The notes beneath the pieces are model-generated. The model searched no databases. It saw only the letters and a program-made list of their open reading frames with translations, and was not told the origin of the DNA. The position numbers were made by a program, and so were the translations under genes. Of a stretch of DNA of 64,000 nucleotides, positions 49,905-63,182 are shown one piece after another. Origin of the DNA: Azolla caroliniana (taxonomy: Eukaryota > Plantae > Polypodiophyta); NCBI GenBank assembly GCA_043228905.1, contig JBHGNT010000006.1:20150001-20214000 (forward strand), read 5' to 3'. Numbering within the stretch: position 1 is the first letter of the stretch; every line of letters starts with the position of its first letter.

Positions 49905-51586
49905 ATGCCCAAAGCTTGTGATGCCTGCCGCCATGGCCATGCCCTGGTCTTCTGCAGGGCCGACTCCGCCTTCCTCTGCATGGCCTGCGATGTGAAGGTC
50001 CACGGGGCCAACAAGCTCGCCTCCCGCCACGAGCGCCTGTGGATGTGCGAGGTCTGCGAGAACTCCCCCGCCATACTCACCTGCAAAGCCGATGCCGCCT
50101 CCCTCTGCGCCTCCTGCGATGCAGACATCCATTCCGCTAACCCTCTGGCCGGCCGCCATGAGCGTGTGCCTGTGCCTCCTGTGCTTCCTTTCTACCACTG
50201 CCGTGCTTCCGCTTCCACAGATGGCCATGGCCATGGCCGCGGGGGCTCTGGATTCATGTCGGATGCACCAGGTAATGACTATCACAATGATGGTCATGGA
50301 CATGGTGATGACGATGATCATCATGGTCATGGTCATGGTCATGATCATGATGATGGTGATGGTGATGGTGATGGTGATGGTGATGGTGATGGTGATGGTG
50401 ATGGTGATGGTGATGGTGGACATGGACATGGACATGGACATGGACATGGACATGGACATGGACATGGACATGGACATGGACATGGACATGGACATGGACA
50501 TGGACATGGACATGGACATGGACATGGACATGGACATGGACATGGACATGGACATGGACATGGACATGGACATGGACATGGTGATGGTGATGATGATGAT
50601 GATGAAGATGATGATATTGAAAGATCCATGGCTGAAGCCGATTCATGGCTTCTCTCCACCGATGCCAAGCTACATATCAACACTAATGGTGGTGACCGCG
50701 TCACATCATCTCATGGCCCTCACGAATACATGAAAGAAGAAGAAGACGACGATGTAATCGTCCCTACTTTGATGCTCCCTAGTTATGGTGATGATGATTA
50801 TGATGATGATGTGGCCATGGCGGCTTTCATGAGTCGTGCGAATGGCCCTACCTATTGTAAGACTATCAAAGAGGAAGCTTCGGAACTCGACACATTCTTC
50901 CCCAATGATGCCACTATTGATGGCATCGATATCGACATTGACATCGATCCATACCTCCATGATGATGATGATGATGATGTGTCCTTGCATCATAAGTACC
51001 CCGACATGGATACATCCAAATTCGTCGACATGACCCATCTTTCTTCCGGTTTCAGCACCCCTACTAATCATACAACCCGCATCATTGATAGTGTAAGTTC
51101 CTTTTTCCCCGTAAATTTGCATAAAATTTCCCGAACATGCCTCCATGTAACATCGGGTCATCATCTTAGCTCAATTGCATAACATTTTGTATCGAACATA
51201 TAACGAATTCTTTGATCATCGTCCTCTAGATTTCTTCTTTGAGCTCTTTGGATCAATTCGGCATCGTGCCAGATTTGGTGAATTTAAGCGACATATCGAC
51301 AAGCGGGACCCCCATTGCCGCAAGCTCCCCGTCACCTCAACTCGCGAATGTGCTCACACCCGAGCCTGTTATGGCAAGAGAAGCTAGAGTGATGAGGTAC
51401 AAGGAGAAACGGAAGAATCGGAAGTTTGAGAAGACCATACGATATGCATCGAGGAAAGCTTACGCGGAGACGAGACCTCGGATAAAGGGACGGTTCGCAA
51501 AGCGGATAATTGGGCCGGTCGAAGCCGATATTTCATTGTTTTCCATTGTTCTTGAGACCGGGTTTGGGGTTGTTCCTTCCTTTTGA
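49905..51586 (+). CDS. COL: CONSTANS-like protein (group I: two B-boxes, CCT, C-terminal VP motif), ~514 aa, two exons
   Basis: Exon 1 49905-51092 (AGT|GTAAGT), exon 2 51230-51586 (TAG|ATT, in frame). B-boxes CDACR...[29 protein letters not shown] and [36 protein letters not shown]; [45 protein letters not shown]; ends GFGVVPSF. Confidence 0.95.
50355..50579 (+). repeat. Coding compound hexamer microsatellite (GGTGAT)10-GGT-(GGACAT)27
   Basis: (GGTGAT)10 at 50355-50414 and (GGACAT)27 at 50418-50579, both in frame with the COL ATG. Confidence 0.97.
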
Positions 51587-52748
51587 TCCAAAGTTTGGAT
51601 TCGTTTTATTTGGATCACTCGATGTCACTATTGTATGTTTGTCTTGTATATGTAATTTTATCTATCCATTGTTAACACTAAGGAGTCATGGATCATATTG
51701 CTATCCACTTCCTAGGCTTTTTATATCGATGCATGAAAACGAGTTTACCTCGAATTAGATCCGAGGAGTGCGAACCAACTTATTTGTATGTATCTTCTCT
51801 TTAGTGTTATGAGCTGAATGTAAATCATTCTAAAAGGAACCAATCCTTATAGTTATAGACACATGTACATACAAAGGACGCACTATTTGCAAATCTTAAG
51901 TGCACATCATAGGAATAGTTCTCCGAAATGCACACTCGAATGTCCATTCTCTCCCATGAAAACAACCTTATTTGTCATTGGAGCTATGACATGAAAAGAC
52001 ATGTTGAAATCCAATTATGTCCAACCTTAAATAAACCTATGATGATTCCCAACCAACCTAAACACAAGGAAGCAAAATCAAATGTAATTAATACTACACC
52101 ACTAATTATATTCCATTAATATATGAAGATTCATTACCACAAATAACGTTGAAGCATTTCAATCCTCTTTTCCAAGGTATAACATATAAGGTAATATTTG
52201 ATGTAAGAGACAACACGTGGAATGTATTACATTTATATACTTACGCATCATGTTATGTTAGATCCTTTTTTCTTTTTTTCTTCCAAAAATATGATTAGAT
52301 CTTACCAAACATATTTTTGAAAATAAAGAAGTAAATAAGTGAGGAACTAATGTGAAAGGCCAATAAAGTATGTGAACATACATTTAGTTGGGAAGGAGTT
52401 CAAGAAGATTGTCAAGGATGGCTTTGTCTCCTACGAAATTTACATAGAAGAATCACCATTATATATGAACTTCTCGTGCGGATGAGACATTTGAAAGGTT
52501 AACGCGTGCATTTAAATTTGACCTGTTTTGATCCATGTTGACCCCACCTACATTTAGAAGTTGCGTGTCTGATTTTCACTAAAACAGAATGGGGGATGGG
52601 CGAAACCCTCCTTTTTACTAAATTGTGCGACACTTAACACATCACTAAACTGTTGCATTAAAAACACATCGCACAACGACACTTTTGTACACACTGTTTA
52701 GCAGTGTACCTAGAAATGTGTCATTATGTGACACAATCTTTTAAATAA

Positions 52749-52754
<6 letters not shown>

Positions 52755-52796
<42 letters not shown>
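52755..52796. repeat. (TA)n microsatellite
   Basis: Direct reading. Confidence 0.95.
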
Positions 52797-52800
<4 letters not shown>

Positions 52801-54017
52801 GGGGGTATTATGAATCCCCACTTCCTAAGTTGAGAAGCTCTTGCCATCGAGAAGCATCAATGTGTATTACATCGACACCAAGCTCCCCTCTTGGATTGTC
52901 AAGTACACACGCTTGCATTCATTCATCTACACATAGATTCTTGCATTGGTACACATGCATAATATCGCCCTAATAATGTTTGTTGTCTTTATTATTGTTT
53001 TGTATATCTGTGGGATTCAAATGGTTCATTCACTCATAAGCACAATCAATAAAAAACCTTCAATTTATTGCTCAGAAGTAGTTATGGGTTAAGCACACAA
53101 TTATCAAAACACAATATCCCCTTTAGGAACCGCAAAATCCGTAGGGTTGTGAGGAGCTAATTGTGATACTCTAATGGTCGCCACTGAGCTGAACGGTGTG
53201 GATGAAATGAGCGTGTAAAGAGCTCTTCCATCTCATCAATGGGGATCTCATGCCACTCTTCACATCGATGTCATCACCACCACCATCATGGCCCATGTAA
53301 TGATTTTTTAGCTTCCCAAATGAAGGGCTACCCATACTCTGTTTGCGCCATAGTGGGTGTGTTATTATTATGGGAATAGGTGGTTGTGATTATGATTACA
53401 TGTTGTTGTTGGTTGTATGGAAGTGAATCCCATCAAGCACTAAGGTTTGGGTGCTAGTGAAAGTAGGAATATTCCCCGATTATCAAGCACAATCGTAGGT
53501 GAACATATCTTCCTACGTTGAATTATTGTTAGGTTATGTGGCCTAAGGTGTTGACACTGATGACATGAGGTTCAAATACCTTGTGCACTTCGATTCTTGT
53601 ATCTTAATGAGAAGGGTATTTTGAAAGCTCAAGTTTTTTCTTCCATAACTCCACTGTACTCTTGTGAACCTTTTGTTCACAATATTTGTCTCCTGGATTG
53701 TTTTGGATGTAATGGATGTGTCTCATGTTTTTTGCGCTTGTAGCTTGCTACAAATGATTTGGAGAAGCCTCATGTAGGACATGCATGATTATGCCTTACT
53801 CTCTTTCATGCAAACAAAAACCAAAGGTTCTTATAATCTCCTTTAACCCTAGCAAACTATTTACACAATGCTACTTCTATCTCACCGCATAATATTTGCA
53901 TTTGGTCACTTCTATAATTCTTGAATGATATTGGTATGATGGCTCAAGTTATATCCATCCCTATAGAGTTCTATTGGCTCAACAAAGCATATTCTACAAG
54001 GATGTATACAACCTAAG

Positions 54018-54118
54018 CCATCATATACCAATGTCATTCAAAAACTATAGAAGTAACCAAATTATAAACCATCATATACCAATGTCATTGAAGAACTATA
54101 GCAGTAACTAAATACAAA
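54018..54118. repeat. 51-bp tandem duplication
   Basis: CCATCATATACCAATGTCATT... at 54018 and 54069. Confidence 0.85.
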
Positions 54119-54868
54119 TAGTGTTCAGTATGATAGAAATAAACATTGTAATTAGTTTGCTAGAGTTAGAGAAGATGATAAGAAACTCTGGTTTTTGTTT
54201 TTAGAAAGAATATGATGTGATAAACTCTAGTTTTCATCCCAACCTCACAACAAAACTGGTTGCCCCACTGATTGCCACTGTTTTTTTGGAGGTTGGCCAT
54301 TGTCTTTGGTGTTAAATTTCTATTCTTGAGAAGTCTCAATTCTTCATATTTTCTGATGTCAGATTAACAATTTCCCCATATTATTCAGATTCGATCGAAA
54401 AATCAAAGCCTTGGGTTCCTTCGAGGTTCAGGAATTCGTGGGCGATTCCGTGGCTGGTGCATCAAGGTTGTCTTCGGATACCCCAAGCCTCCTACAAAGC
54501 AAGTGCAACCAAGATTCTGGTGTGTTTTTTTTGTCTGTCTCTAACGTATTCCTCCGTCGGATTCTAGGAGGCTTAATGGTGGTGGGAAATTATTGTCGAG
54601 ATTCGAGTGTTCACATTATAGCCTAGACATGTGGTGTGCGATCAGGTTCTTCTTCTTCTTCTTCTTTAAAGGATGTCTCTCTCTCTATCTGGTCTCTATC
54701 GATGATGACTCACTCCCCTTGTGTTTTTTGCTTGTTTTTTGTGTGTGTTTCTGATCTGAAGGGCTCTCTTCATCTCATTAATAAATAAAAACAAACCAAC
54801 CACCAAATTTAGACAGGCTTCCACTTTTTTTTCCCTCTATTTTTTTTTTTCTTTTTCAATTTTCTTTT

Positions 54869-54907
<39 letters not shown>

Positions 54908-55351
54908 TTTTTTAAATCCTATTTTTGTTTTCTCTTTTCTCTTCTTTTTTTTTTCTTTCTCTCTCTATTTGTTTTTCGTCATCCTATTTTTGTTTGTTTT
55001 TTGTCTGTCTTTTTAATTAATTAATTAATTCTCCAATCTGTAAGACTCTCTATTCCTTCGCGATCGCTGTAATGTCGTGAAATATTACAGGATCACAGAG
55101 AAAAAAAAAACTACAGAAAAAGCAATTCAATTTCATGCGCATGGCGAAACCCTAATTTTCTGCTTCTTCTTCTTCTTCTTCTACTTGTGTGGCAGCACGA
55201 TGCACATAGCTTTCTTTTCCTCAGAGAATCCTTAAGTTCTTTCAAACGTTTCATCGTGAACATGATGCATTGAGATTTCTTTTGCTCAGAGAAGCCCTAT
55301 TTTCTTCTGGCGTCCCATCAGAGACGAACTTCGAAGCTTGTAGCAGAAGAG

Positions 55352-58300
55352 ATGGCCCGTTCAGAGCCATGTATACAACAGAATGGCATTTCTTCTTCAT
55401 CTTCTTCTTCATCCTTTTCTTCCTCTTTTTCTTCTTCTTCTCTAAACAAAGAAGAAGAAAAAGAAGAACGAGATCAAGAGGAGTGGAGAGCTTTTGAACG
55501 ATGTGCCACTTCATTTGTTAAAGCTTTCTCCATTGGTGTCAGCTTGCGTGGCGGTCTCAGCCTCTTCTCTATTCTAACTCGTCGCAAGAAAAAACAGTAA
55601 GTGCTCGTCGATCTCCAAGAACAAAATAGCATTTGATTTTTTTATTACACTTCTCTTTGATCCCAAGGAAAAACAGTATTGGCACTTTGATCTTAAGAGA
55701 CAACGGTGTGTTGATAATTCTTATTCTCTTTTGTCTTTGTCATTTTGATCTCAAGAAAAAGCAGCATTTGCTCGTTGATGTTTCCTCTTGTCTTAAGAAA
55801 ACGTAGCATCTGCATGGATTTTTTCCCTATTTTCTTTCTCTTTATCACTATGATCCGAGGGAAATTTTGTGCCATGTCGATCATTTTTTCCTCTTTACTT
55901 TTGGCTTCTCATTTTGATTCCAAGAAACTTTACTTTTGGCTTTTCATTTTGATCCCAAGAAAGGGAGTTTTTTTCTCTCCTTTATTTCTTTCTTTCTCTT
56001 CTCACTTTGGTATACAGAAAAAACTAGTATTTGTTTTCCTCCTTTCTACTCTCTCTTTGATCTGATGAAGAAAATCACTATTTGCTTGTTGATTGTTCAT
56101 CCTAATTTTCAATCACTTTAATACGGCATCTTTTTTTCAGGTTGAAAGGGAAGGCTGATCTGCCAGTGGCAGAGCTTTACAAGTCAGTGCTTAAAGAAGC
56201 TCTCCGATATGGCCTGTTTCTTGGATCGTTTGCGGGAACTTTTGCCACTTTTGACGAAATTATATCAGCTATTGGTGGGTTTAAAAGGTACCAAACCACC
56301 AAAAACTTGTTGTACTTATGTGTTTTATTGATGTTCATATGTCTTCATGCGTGTCTCATGTAGCACCAATGTTCCAGGTAAAATTAGGAATAAAAATTCC
56401 CAAAAAGATAATAGCATGTTGCATGTAAATTAATTTATAAACTTCTCAATATAAGGTTTTTATTGTAAAACATTTCCAATTTTCAAAATCTTAAGTTAAT
56501 TCTTGAATGTTACAAGTGTGAATCACTCGAATCACTCTAAACTTGGTTTTATTGGCACTTTACACCCTGCTGAAAGGAAACATGATCATGTTGTCTGATT
56601 TGTCTTTCTCTTGAAATTATGAAGAGATGTGAGACATCTTGGGATGATCCTTAGACACTCTCTAGCCTTACAATTTAATACTCTCCATAGAGAGAGGTGA
56701 TGAGGTTATTTGTATCCTTCATTCTCCTCAGACGCTTGAAAAAAGAAACATGATGATATTTGTATGTCTCCGTAGGCTAAAACTTTAAACCCTTGAGAAA
56801 GGAAAAATGATGAAGTTGTTTGATCCTTATTTCTCTTTGGGATGCTATTGAGACTGATGTGAGCAGCTTGGGATAGCCCATATGAATTCTCTAGCATCTT
56901 AATTTATGGCGTTTTTAAGTTGTAGTCTGTATCATATGGCTCTCTATGGGTCTTTCTCAGGACCTACGGCCAGGGCAGCATTTTGTTTTACACACTAGAT
57001 TGTTTTGTTGTGTAAAGTTCAGCCAACAGAACTTTGACGAGGTATCATATGTATTATGGTAGCTTTATAGACTTCAATATAATTTTTCTAGAATGTAAAT
57101 ATTGGTTGTTTATGTTACAGGACTGCACCATGGCGGGCACTAGTTGCAGGAGCGATAGCAGGTCCATCATTATTATTAACAGGTCCAGGTGTTCAACATA
57201 CCAGTATGGCAATTTACATCTTTTTGAGAGCAGCTGTCCTCGCTGCAAGATGTGGAATCAAGAGTGAGCAATATGGATGGCTCTTCCGTCCGCTTGCTTG
57301 GAAGCATGGAGATACTGCCTTGATGTGCTTGTCCTCTTCACAAATCTTGTAAGTTTTCTGGTTGACTATGGTAACACATGAATATTGTTAGATTCCCAGT
57401 AGCTTCACATTCCTAAAAACACCTTTTAGTTCTTGAACTATCCAGTGTTCTAGACAATGTACTATAGATGTTCGTCATGAAAGATTAAGTATTCCACATG
57501 TTGTTCTTTGGTTGAATATGGTTGGTTATACATAATTGTTGGACGTCCTTTTAATTTCATTTCCCTTTTAATTTTTTATGCAAGTATTCTGAAGTACAGG
57601 GTCTTGATCTTGTCCTGTAGATCTTTGTGATGCAAGTTAGAAACTCCTTAAATCATCAGCTGAAGTAAATACTGTTGTAGGATTTACTGACGATCAGAAC
57701 CTTTTCACTCCTGGCTAGTGTTTCCCACTTTTTTAACAGGTGTTCCATTCGACTTCTGATTAGAGTATTGTTTTTTCCAGATCAGCTTGGATTCTCAAAC
57801 CTGCAAGTCTGCCATCATCCTACATTTCCTTTTTGAACAAACACGGAGGGAAAGACACTTCAATTATTAAAACATTGCGAGAATTAGCCTTTCGTAATAA
57901 CTTGACACATTTGGAGACAGTTAAAGGATATTACAAATCCATGGGTATGAATGCCGAGATTGAACCAAATTTGAGCATACCTTGCACAGTGAGTATCTCT
58001 CTATGTTGTGATTCTACCTGAGATCAATGTGTTGAAGTATTTTGTTGAAACTCTTATTCATACTGTCTTTTTGGTGAAACAGGTTGTTCATGGTAGTCAA
58101 GGTTGTGTCTCACATTTCTTGTCTTTTCTAAGCCAAGCTTATTTCAGATCCCTACCTGTCTATGTTCCTGTCTACCTTATTCCGGCGATCATCGTCCATA
58201 GGCAGGCTATCCTTAAAAAGTAAGTGAAATTATGAAAATGGGCCTTATCTTAGGAAGGACATGTATACTTTTGCAAATACATTTTACATTTTTCCCATAA

Positions 58301-61261
58301 GCTCACTTACAAACACCTAGCTTGTTCATTCTCAAGATCGAAACAGAATTATGTCATTATCTCTTTGAAATACAAATTCTATCTTTAGCTATATGTATAT
58401 ACAAATGCATGTATATGTGCATGTTGATGTCTGTGATGTATGTGTATATGGCTTGCAAATAATGAACAATCATGCATTTCAATGCACCACCTTAATTTCT
58501 CTGTAGGATCAGATCTCAATTGCACATAATTCCAAGATGCATTGAATGGCATGGAAGTCCTTCTTATGCTGCGATTTAACTTTAGAAAAATTTGTGCAAA
58601 TTCTTGGAAGGCACAAAAAAATTTAATTGATTCATGAAGCAATGCACCTATTGGCCTTCATGGCGAACTTCCAAAATTAAGCAACACATACTATAGCTTT
58701 GGAATAATCTAGTGATAAGGCTTTCTAGATACATGTTGAACTCTTAGTTCCATATGAATCATGTAATAAAGTGTCATTTATATTTATATGTAATATGTAT
58801 GCACAATTTTAAATTCTAATATCCTAGTAACACCTTTATAAAAGGTTGAACTAGCTCACGAGACATAAAATTCATAAATCTGCCCTTTGAATATTAGAGA
58901 TGCTGCTGCAAGATTTACGTGTACCTTATTCATGTTACTTAGGCATCTGATATTACATATATGGCCCAAAAAGAGGACAAGTATGAAACTGCAACAAAAT
59001 TAAGACTTTAAGCCCAAACTCCATGCCAGAACAAAACTAAGAAACATAACCACATACTTTGAGAGAAATTTAGATAGCATGAAAGATCAGCAAATAGTAT
59101 CACAATGAGGACGCTTCATGAGTGGGCTGTTGTTAATCTCCAGAGAATACCCTAGTCCTCTGTCAAAATGCCGACAAATGTTATGCAATTGTATGAAAAA
59201 AATGTTGTATGATCAGTATTATGACGGAAAATCTGCTACTGCCACTGTACAAATATCAAATTAGGATGCTATAAAGCTTTCCAAACTCCCTGAATGATTC
59301 ATTGGGAAATGACCTTAATAAAAATGGGGACACGTTATAGTCTTTCCCCTTCCATATGGATGCAAATTAGGATGTGTGTCTCGTTTTTGTGTTTGTACAT
59401 TAGCCTTAATCCTTCTGATGTATAATAATAAATTTTTTGGTATTTATGTAAAGTCTGAATGAACCAATTTCCTAATTAAATTTCCTAATGATGTATTTTG
59501 TTTTAACAGGCCTCTTCCTATTTTGTCAAAGACTCTTCTTGGAACAGCAAGATCAAGCTTATTTTTATCAGTCTATTGCGCATCTGCATGGTACGTTAAT
59601 CTTGTTAACAAGCTGCTTGCATTTCATGTTTGAGGTAGAGCATTCAGCCTTAGGTTGTTTATAACTGTGGTAATAAGATAATATAACTGTGTTGTAGTGT
59701 AACATGTTTGACATTATAGTTTTATAAATTTTCTGTCTAGATTCTTCACATAGAGGATTTGTGATCATGAATGGCTTTGTAATCAACAGTTTTTGTAGGT
59801 TTTGTGTTTATATGTCGGAATGAATGCATTAATCTTTCATGACCATGCTTATGTGTTTAGAATTATAATGTCAATGCTGGCTTTTAGGAGTGTTTACAGT
59901 GGATAACACAGATTGTAAACTATTTTCAGGTTCTGGACATGCATGCTATTTCGGACCAGTGGAAAGTGTACCCCTCCATTGATAGCATTGGGCACGGTAT
60001 GGCTTTTTTGAAGAGATTATTTAGTTTTACCGACCTGTTTTGGTACCCCTATGTTGTGTAAACCTCCTATCATTATCGCCAGTGGAATCATTAGTAATTT
60101 TCTCACTCTACCATTACTAGGAATTAGTGTGTGATAGGTCTCTAACATGTCTAAACATCTGATACGTTTCGGACAAAGCTGCATCCAAACTAATACAAAG
60201 TAGACAAATGCTTAGAAATGTACAATAGGATGGAGAATGCGCATGGATGAAGGGATATGCAGAAACCAAATAGATAATCTGTGGATGCATATCTCAACTC
60301 AATTAAAAGCAATAAGCAGCTATTTACAGATGAGAAGAATGTGCATGGATGAAGGGATATGCAGAAACCAAATAGATAATCTGTGGATATCTCAACTCAA
60401 TTAAAAGCAATAAGCAGCTATTTACAGATGAGAAAGTGGCATGAATATACCGAGACAAAAAATAAATCTGTGGATGCACATCTCAATTCTACTCAATGTG
60501 GAAAGCAGCTATTTACATATGAGTTATGAATCTCCACAGATAATACTTAAGCTAGGATAATGGAGTATTAAGAATGCTTAGAATAAGAAAAGAGACTCCA
60601 TAAGGGTAACACTGACCGGCAGAAGCGCACCCAGGTGCAATGGTAGCCAAACTTATGAATGTCTGATTCTTGAATAATACAAGAGACTCCATAACAGTAA
60701 CACTGACCAGCTGAAGCGAGATTATCTCATTCCTATTATAGTTCGAATTAGACAACATGAATTTATAGTAAAAAATTCAATTTCAGTTTTCTTCATTATC
60801 TGAAATAGACTTTAAATTGGTAAGTTAGTTTTCTCCAAGACCTGGAAGAGGCTTTATATGCATAAGTTAGTTTTCTTCAATATATGAGAGAGACTTATAT
60901 ATGAAAATATGTTTGGCAGCTGCCTGCTGGTCTTGCAGTCATGATTGAGAAGAAAACTCGGCGTATGGAGATAGGCCTATATTGCTTTGCACGGGCATTA
61001 GAGAGTTTTGCAATTTGTTTTAGTGATGCAGATTTTATGACTCCAACAAAAGTAAAGTTGAAAATGCCAAAGCGCATCGATGTTGTGCTTTTCAGTGTCG
61101 CTACATCAATTATTATGCATTGTTATGCCCAAGAAAGAGAAGTTTTTAGATCAAAGTACTTGAACGTACTCGATTGGATTTTCGGAATTCCACATGATCC
61201 CCCAATTTTGCAACCTCCTCTTGTAAAGGTTTCTTCTCTTCTTAAATTTACCCAATTATAA
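55352..61261 (+). CDS. TMEM135: TMEM135-like transmembrane protein (Tim17/PMP24-related), 8 exons
   Basis: GT-AG exons: 55352-55596, 56141-56287, 57121-57348, 57781-57988, 58083-58219, 59510-59590, 59930-59996, 60920-61261. Motifs F.KAFSIG..LRGGL.LFSIL, LRYGLFLG.FAG.F, WRALVAGAIAGPSLLLTG, KHGD..LMCLSSSQIL, LPVY.PVYLIPA, IEKK.RRMEI.LYC.ARA, IMHCYAQER.VFRSKYLNVLDW.FG. The last exon could splice further at 61228. Confidence 0.88.
60233..60522. repeat. ~100-bp tandem repeat (2 copies plus a degenerate third) in TMEM135 intron 7
   Basis: GCATGGATGAAGGGATATGCAGAAACC...GCAGCTATTTACAGATGAG at 60241 and 60343; decayed copy from ~60439. Confidence 0.88.
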
Positions 61262-63023
61262 TACTTGCAAGATTCTATAATTGAGTGGAAGATTTAAATT
61301 GAATATTCCCTTGTAACCTAGACACGTGGAAATTATGAATATATAATTCATTCAATTCATTATTTAAGGATGGGTATGAAAGCAATCAATAATTGTGATA
61401 TATAATTTTGAGGGTTTCTTTGTATCCTTAAATTATGGTTTTATGTGGATGAGGTAATCTTGTTTTTTTAAGATTAGTGCGTCACTTTGGCTTCATCTCT
61501 TAAATATATATTCTGGAAGTAAAAACCAAATTCGAACCTCCCATCGAAATGGTTTGTTGCTCTTAGACTTACAACATGCAAAACCCTAGAGTGTTAGTGC
61601 TATACCCTTATTGAGTGCAATCTCTATTATAGCTACATTTGGACCCTCCCTCAATCTTTATGAAATGGCCCTCCATAAACTTGTTTTGCCCCTTAATTAT
61701 TTTTGAACTTTCTATTACATATAGCTACATGTGGACCCTCCCCCCCAACTCTTTATAAATGACCCGTAATAAACTTAACCCTTGCCATAGTTGCTAGATT
61801 GAGAGTACCTATTGATGACATGAGGATCTTATAACCTCAACAAAACCCTTCGAGTTTTGTTCATTTTTTTAACATTTCTATTATTGCTACACATGGACTC
61901 CACATTCTCTTGAAATATTTTAATGAGTTGTATCATTGTTTAGTTGGTCACATTCAAAGAGGTAGTTGGCACTTGTTCACACGTGTAAACCCCCTAAAGT
62001 GCTTTATCCATAACAACAACATCCAATCTTTTCAAATGGTTGTGCGTTCATAACTTCCAATGGCCAAACTCTTATAAAATCTCACGTCATTGGTTGCTCA
62101 AATGGCGTACTCTCTTTTTTCCTTGATGCATTCTCTCATTTTGGATATTCCATGATATCTTCTCCATCCACTCAAGCCTGGAACTTTCATAAAGAGATTT
62201 TTTGCTAAATGCTCATCAAGGGACACTATTCCAATGTCATATTTCTCATTTGAAGTGGCATTGGACCTTGATATCCTTTTGTCCAACCTTGGAACTTTGA
62301 TTCTTTGCAAATTGCTTCACATCCCGCATTTGGTTATTGTGTGCTATCTACATACATTCCCCATTTTTCGTTAGGATCTTTCTACCAAAATTGCTTCACA
62401 TCCCATATAATACACCACCTTGGACTTGGCTTTTGAAGGGCAATGAGACACTCACTACTTTTTGGCCCAAAAATAATTTCAAACCCAAAGTAGCAAATGT
62501 CCTCTAGATCTCTAGCATTGTTGGAATCACAATATCTGGTTAAATTTGTTCCTCAACTAATCTTGACGCCAAATCTAACCATACTCTTTAGATACCTTAG
62601 AGTGTGCATCCTAAATTGGCAATGGTTCTTCTCAAAACAAGCTATGAACCTTACCCCCAATTCCACCGCACATGCTATTTCTATTGTATTGTATGGGTAT
62701 TGGATATTCCTTACTAGAGCTTGATACATGCACGATGTCTCAAACCTTTTGCTTTAGGTTTTCATCAAGTTCATGTTGAGCTACATCAACGTGGAAAATA
62801 TATTTTATAATCATCCATCACAAACACCTAGACAATAAAGTGAGCATATTTGGTCTAAGTGACAAACATCTACCTATCCATTTGCTACACCTCTAGTTCT
62901 AGATAAAGGTGTAACAAACTAAAATCCTTCATCTTGAACTTTGGACCCAACTTTGCTTAATCTCACCAATATCAATGTTACATGGGACAACTAAATCATC
63001 CATATACAACACAAGGATAATTG

Positions 63024-63182
63024 TATGCACACCTTCATTTTGTACATAAGCATATTGAACATCTTCTAATCTACCTTTTTCATGGGAATCCATCCATCTA
63101 CTTGTACAAAACCTTTGGCACCTAGTTTAGTTTATGCACACCTTCATTTTGTACATAAAGCATATTGAACATCTTCTAATCC
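63024..63182. repeat. ~48-bp direct repeat
   Basis: TATGCACACCTTCATTTTGTACATAAGCATATTGAACATCTTCTAATC at ~63024 and ~63133. Confidence 0.85.

Noticed and set aside
49824-50733. ORFs encoding (MS)n, (HV)n, (PC)n, (MD)n and (IT)n
   Set aside because: Alternative frames of the hexamer microsatellite inside the COL exon; stop-free by construction, with no independent evidence of translation.
60581-60718. Repeat-spacer-repeat that looks CRISPR-like
   Set aside because: Only two imperfect repeats, in a plant intron, with no cas genes.
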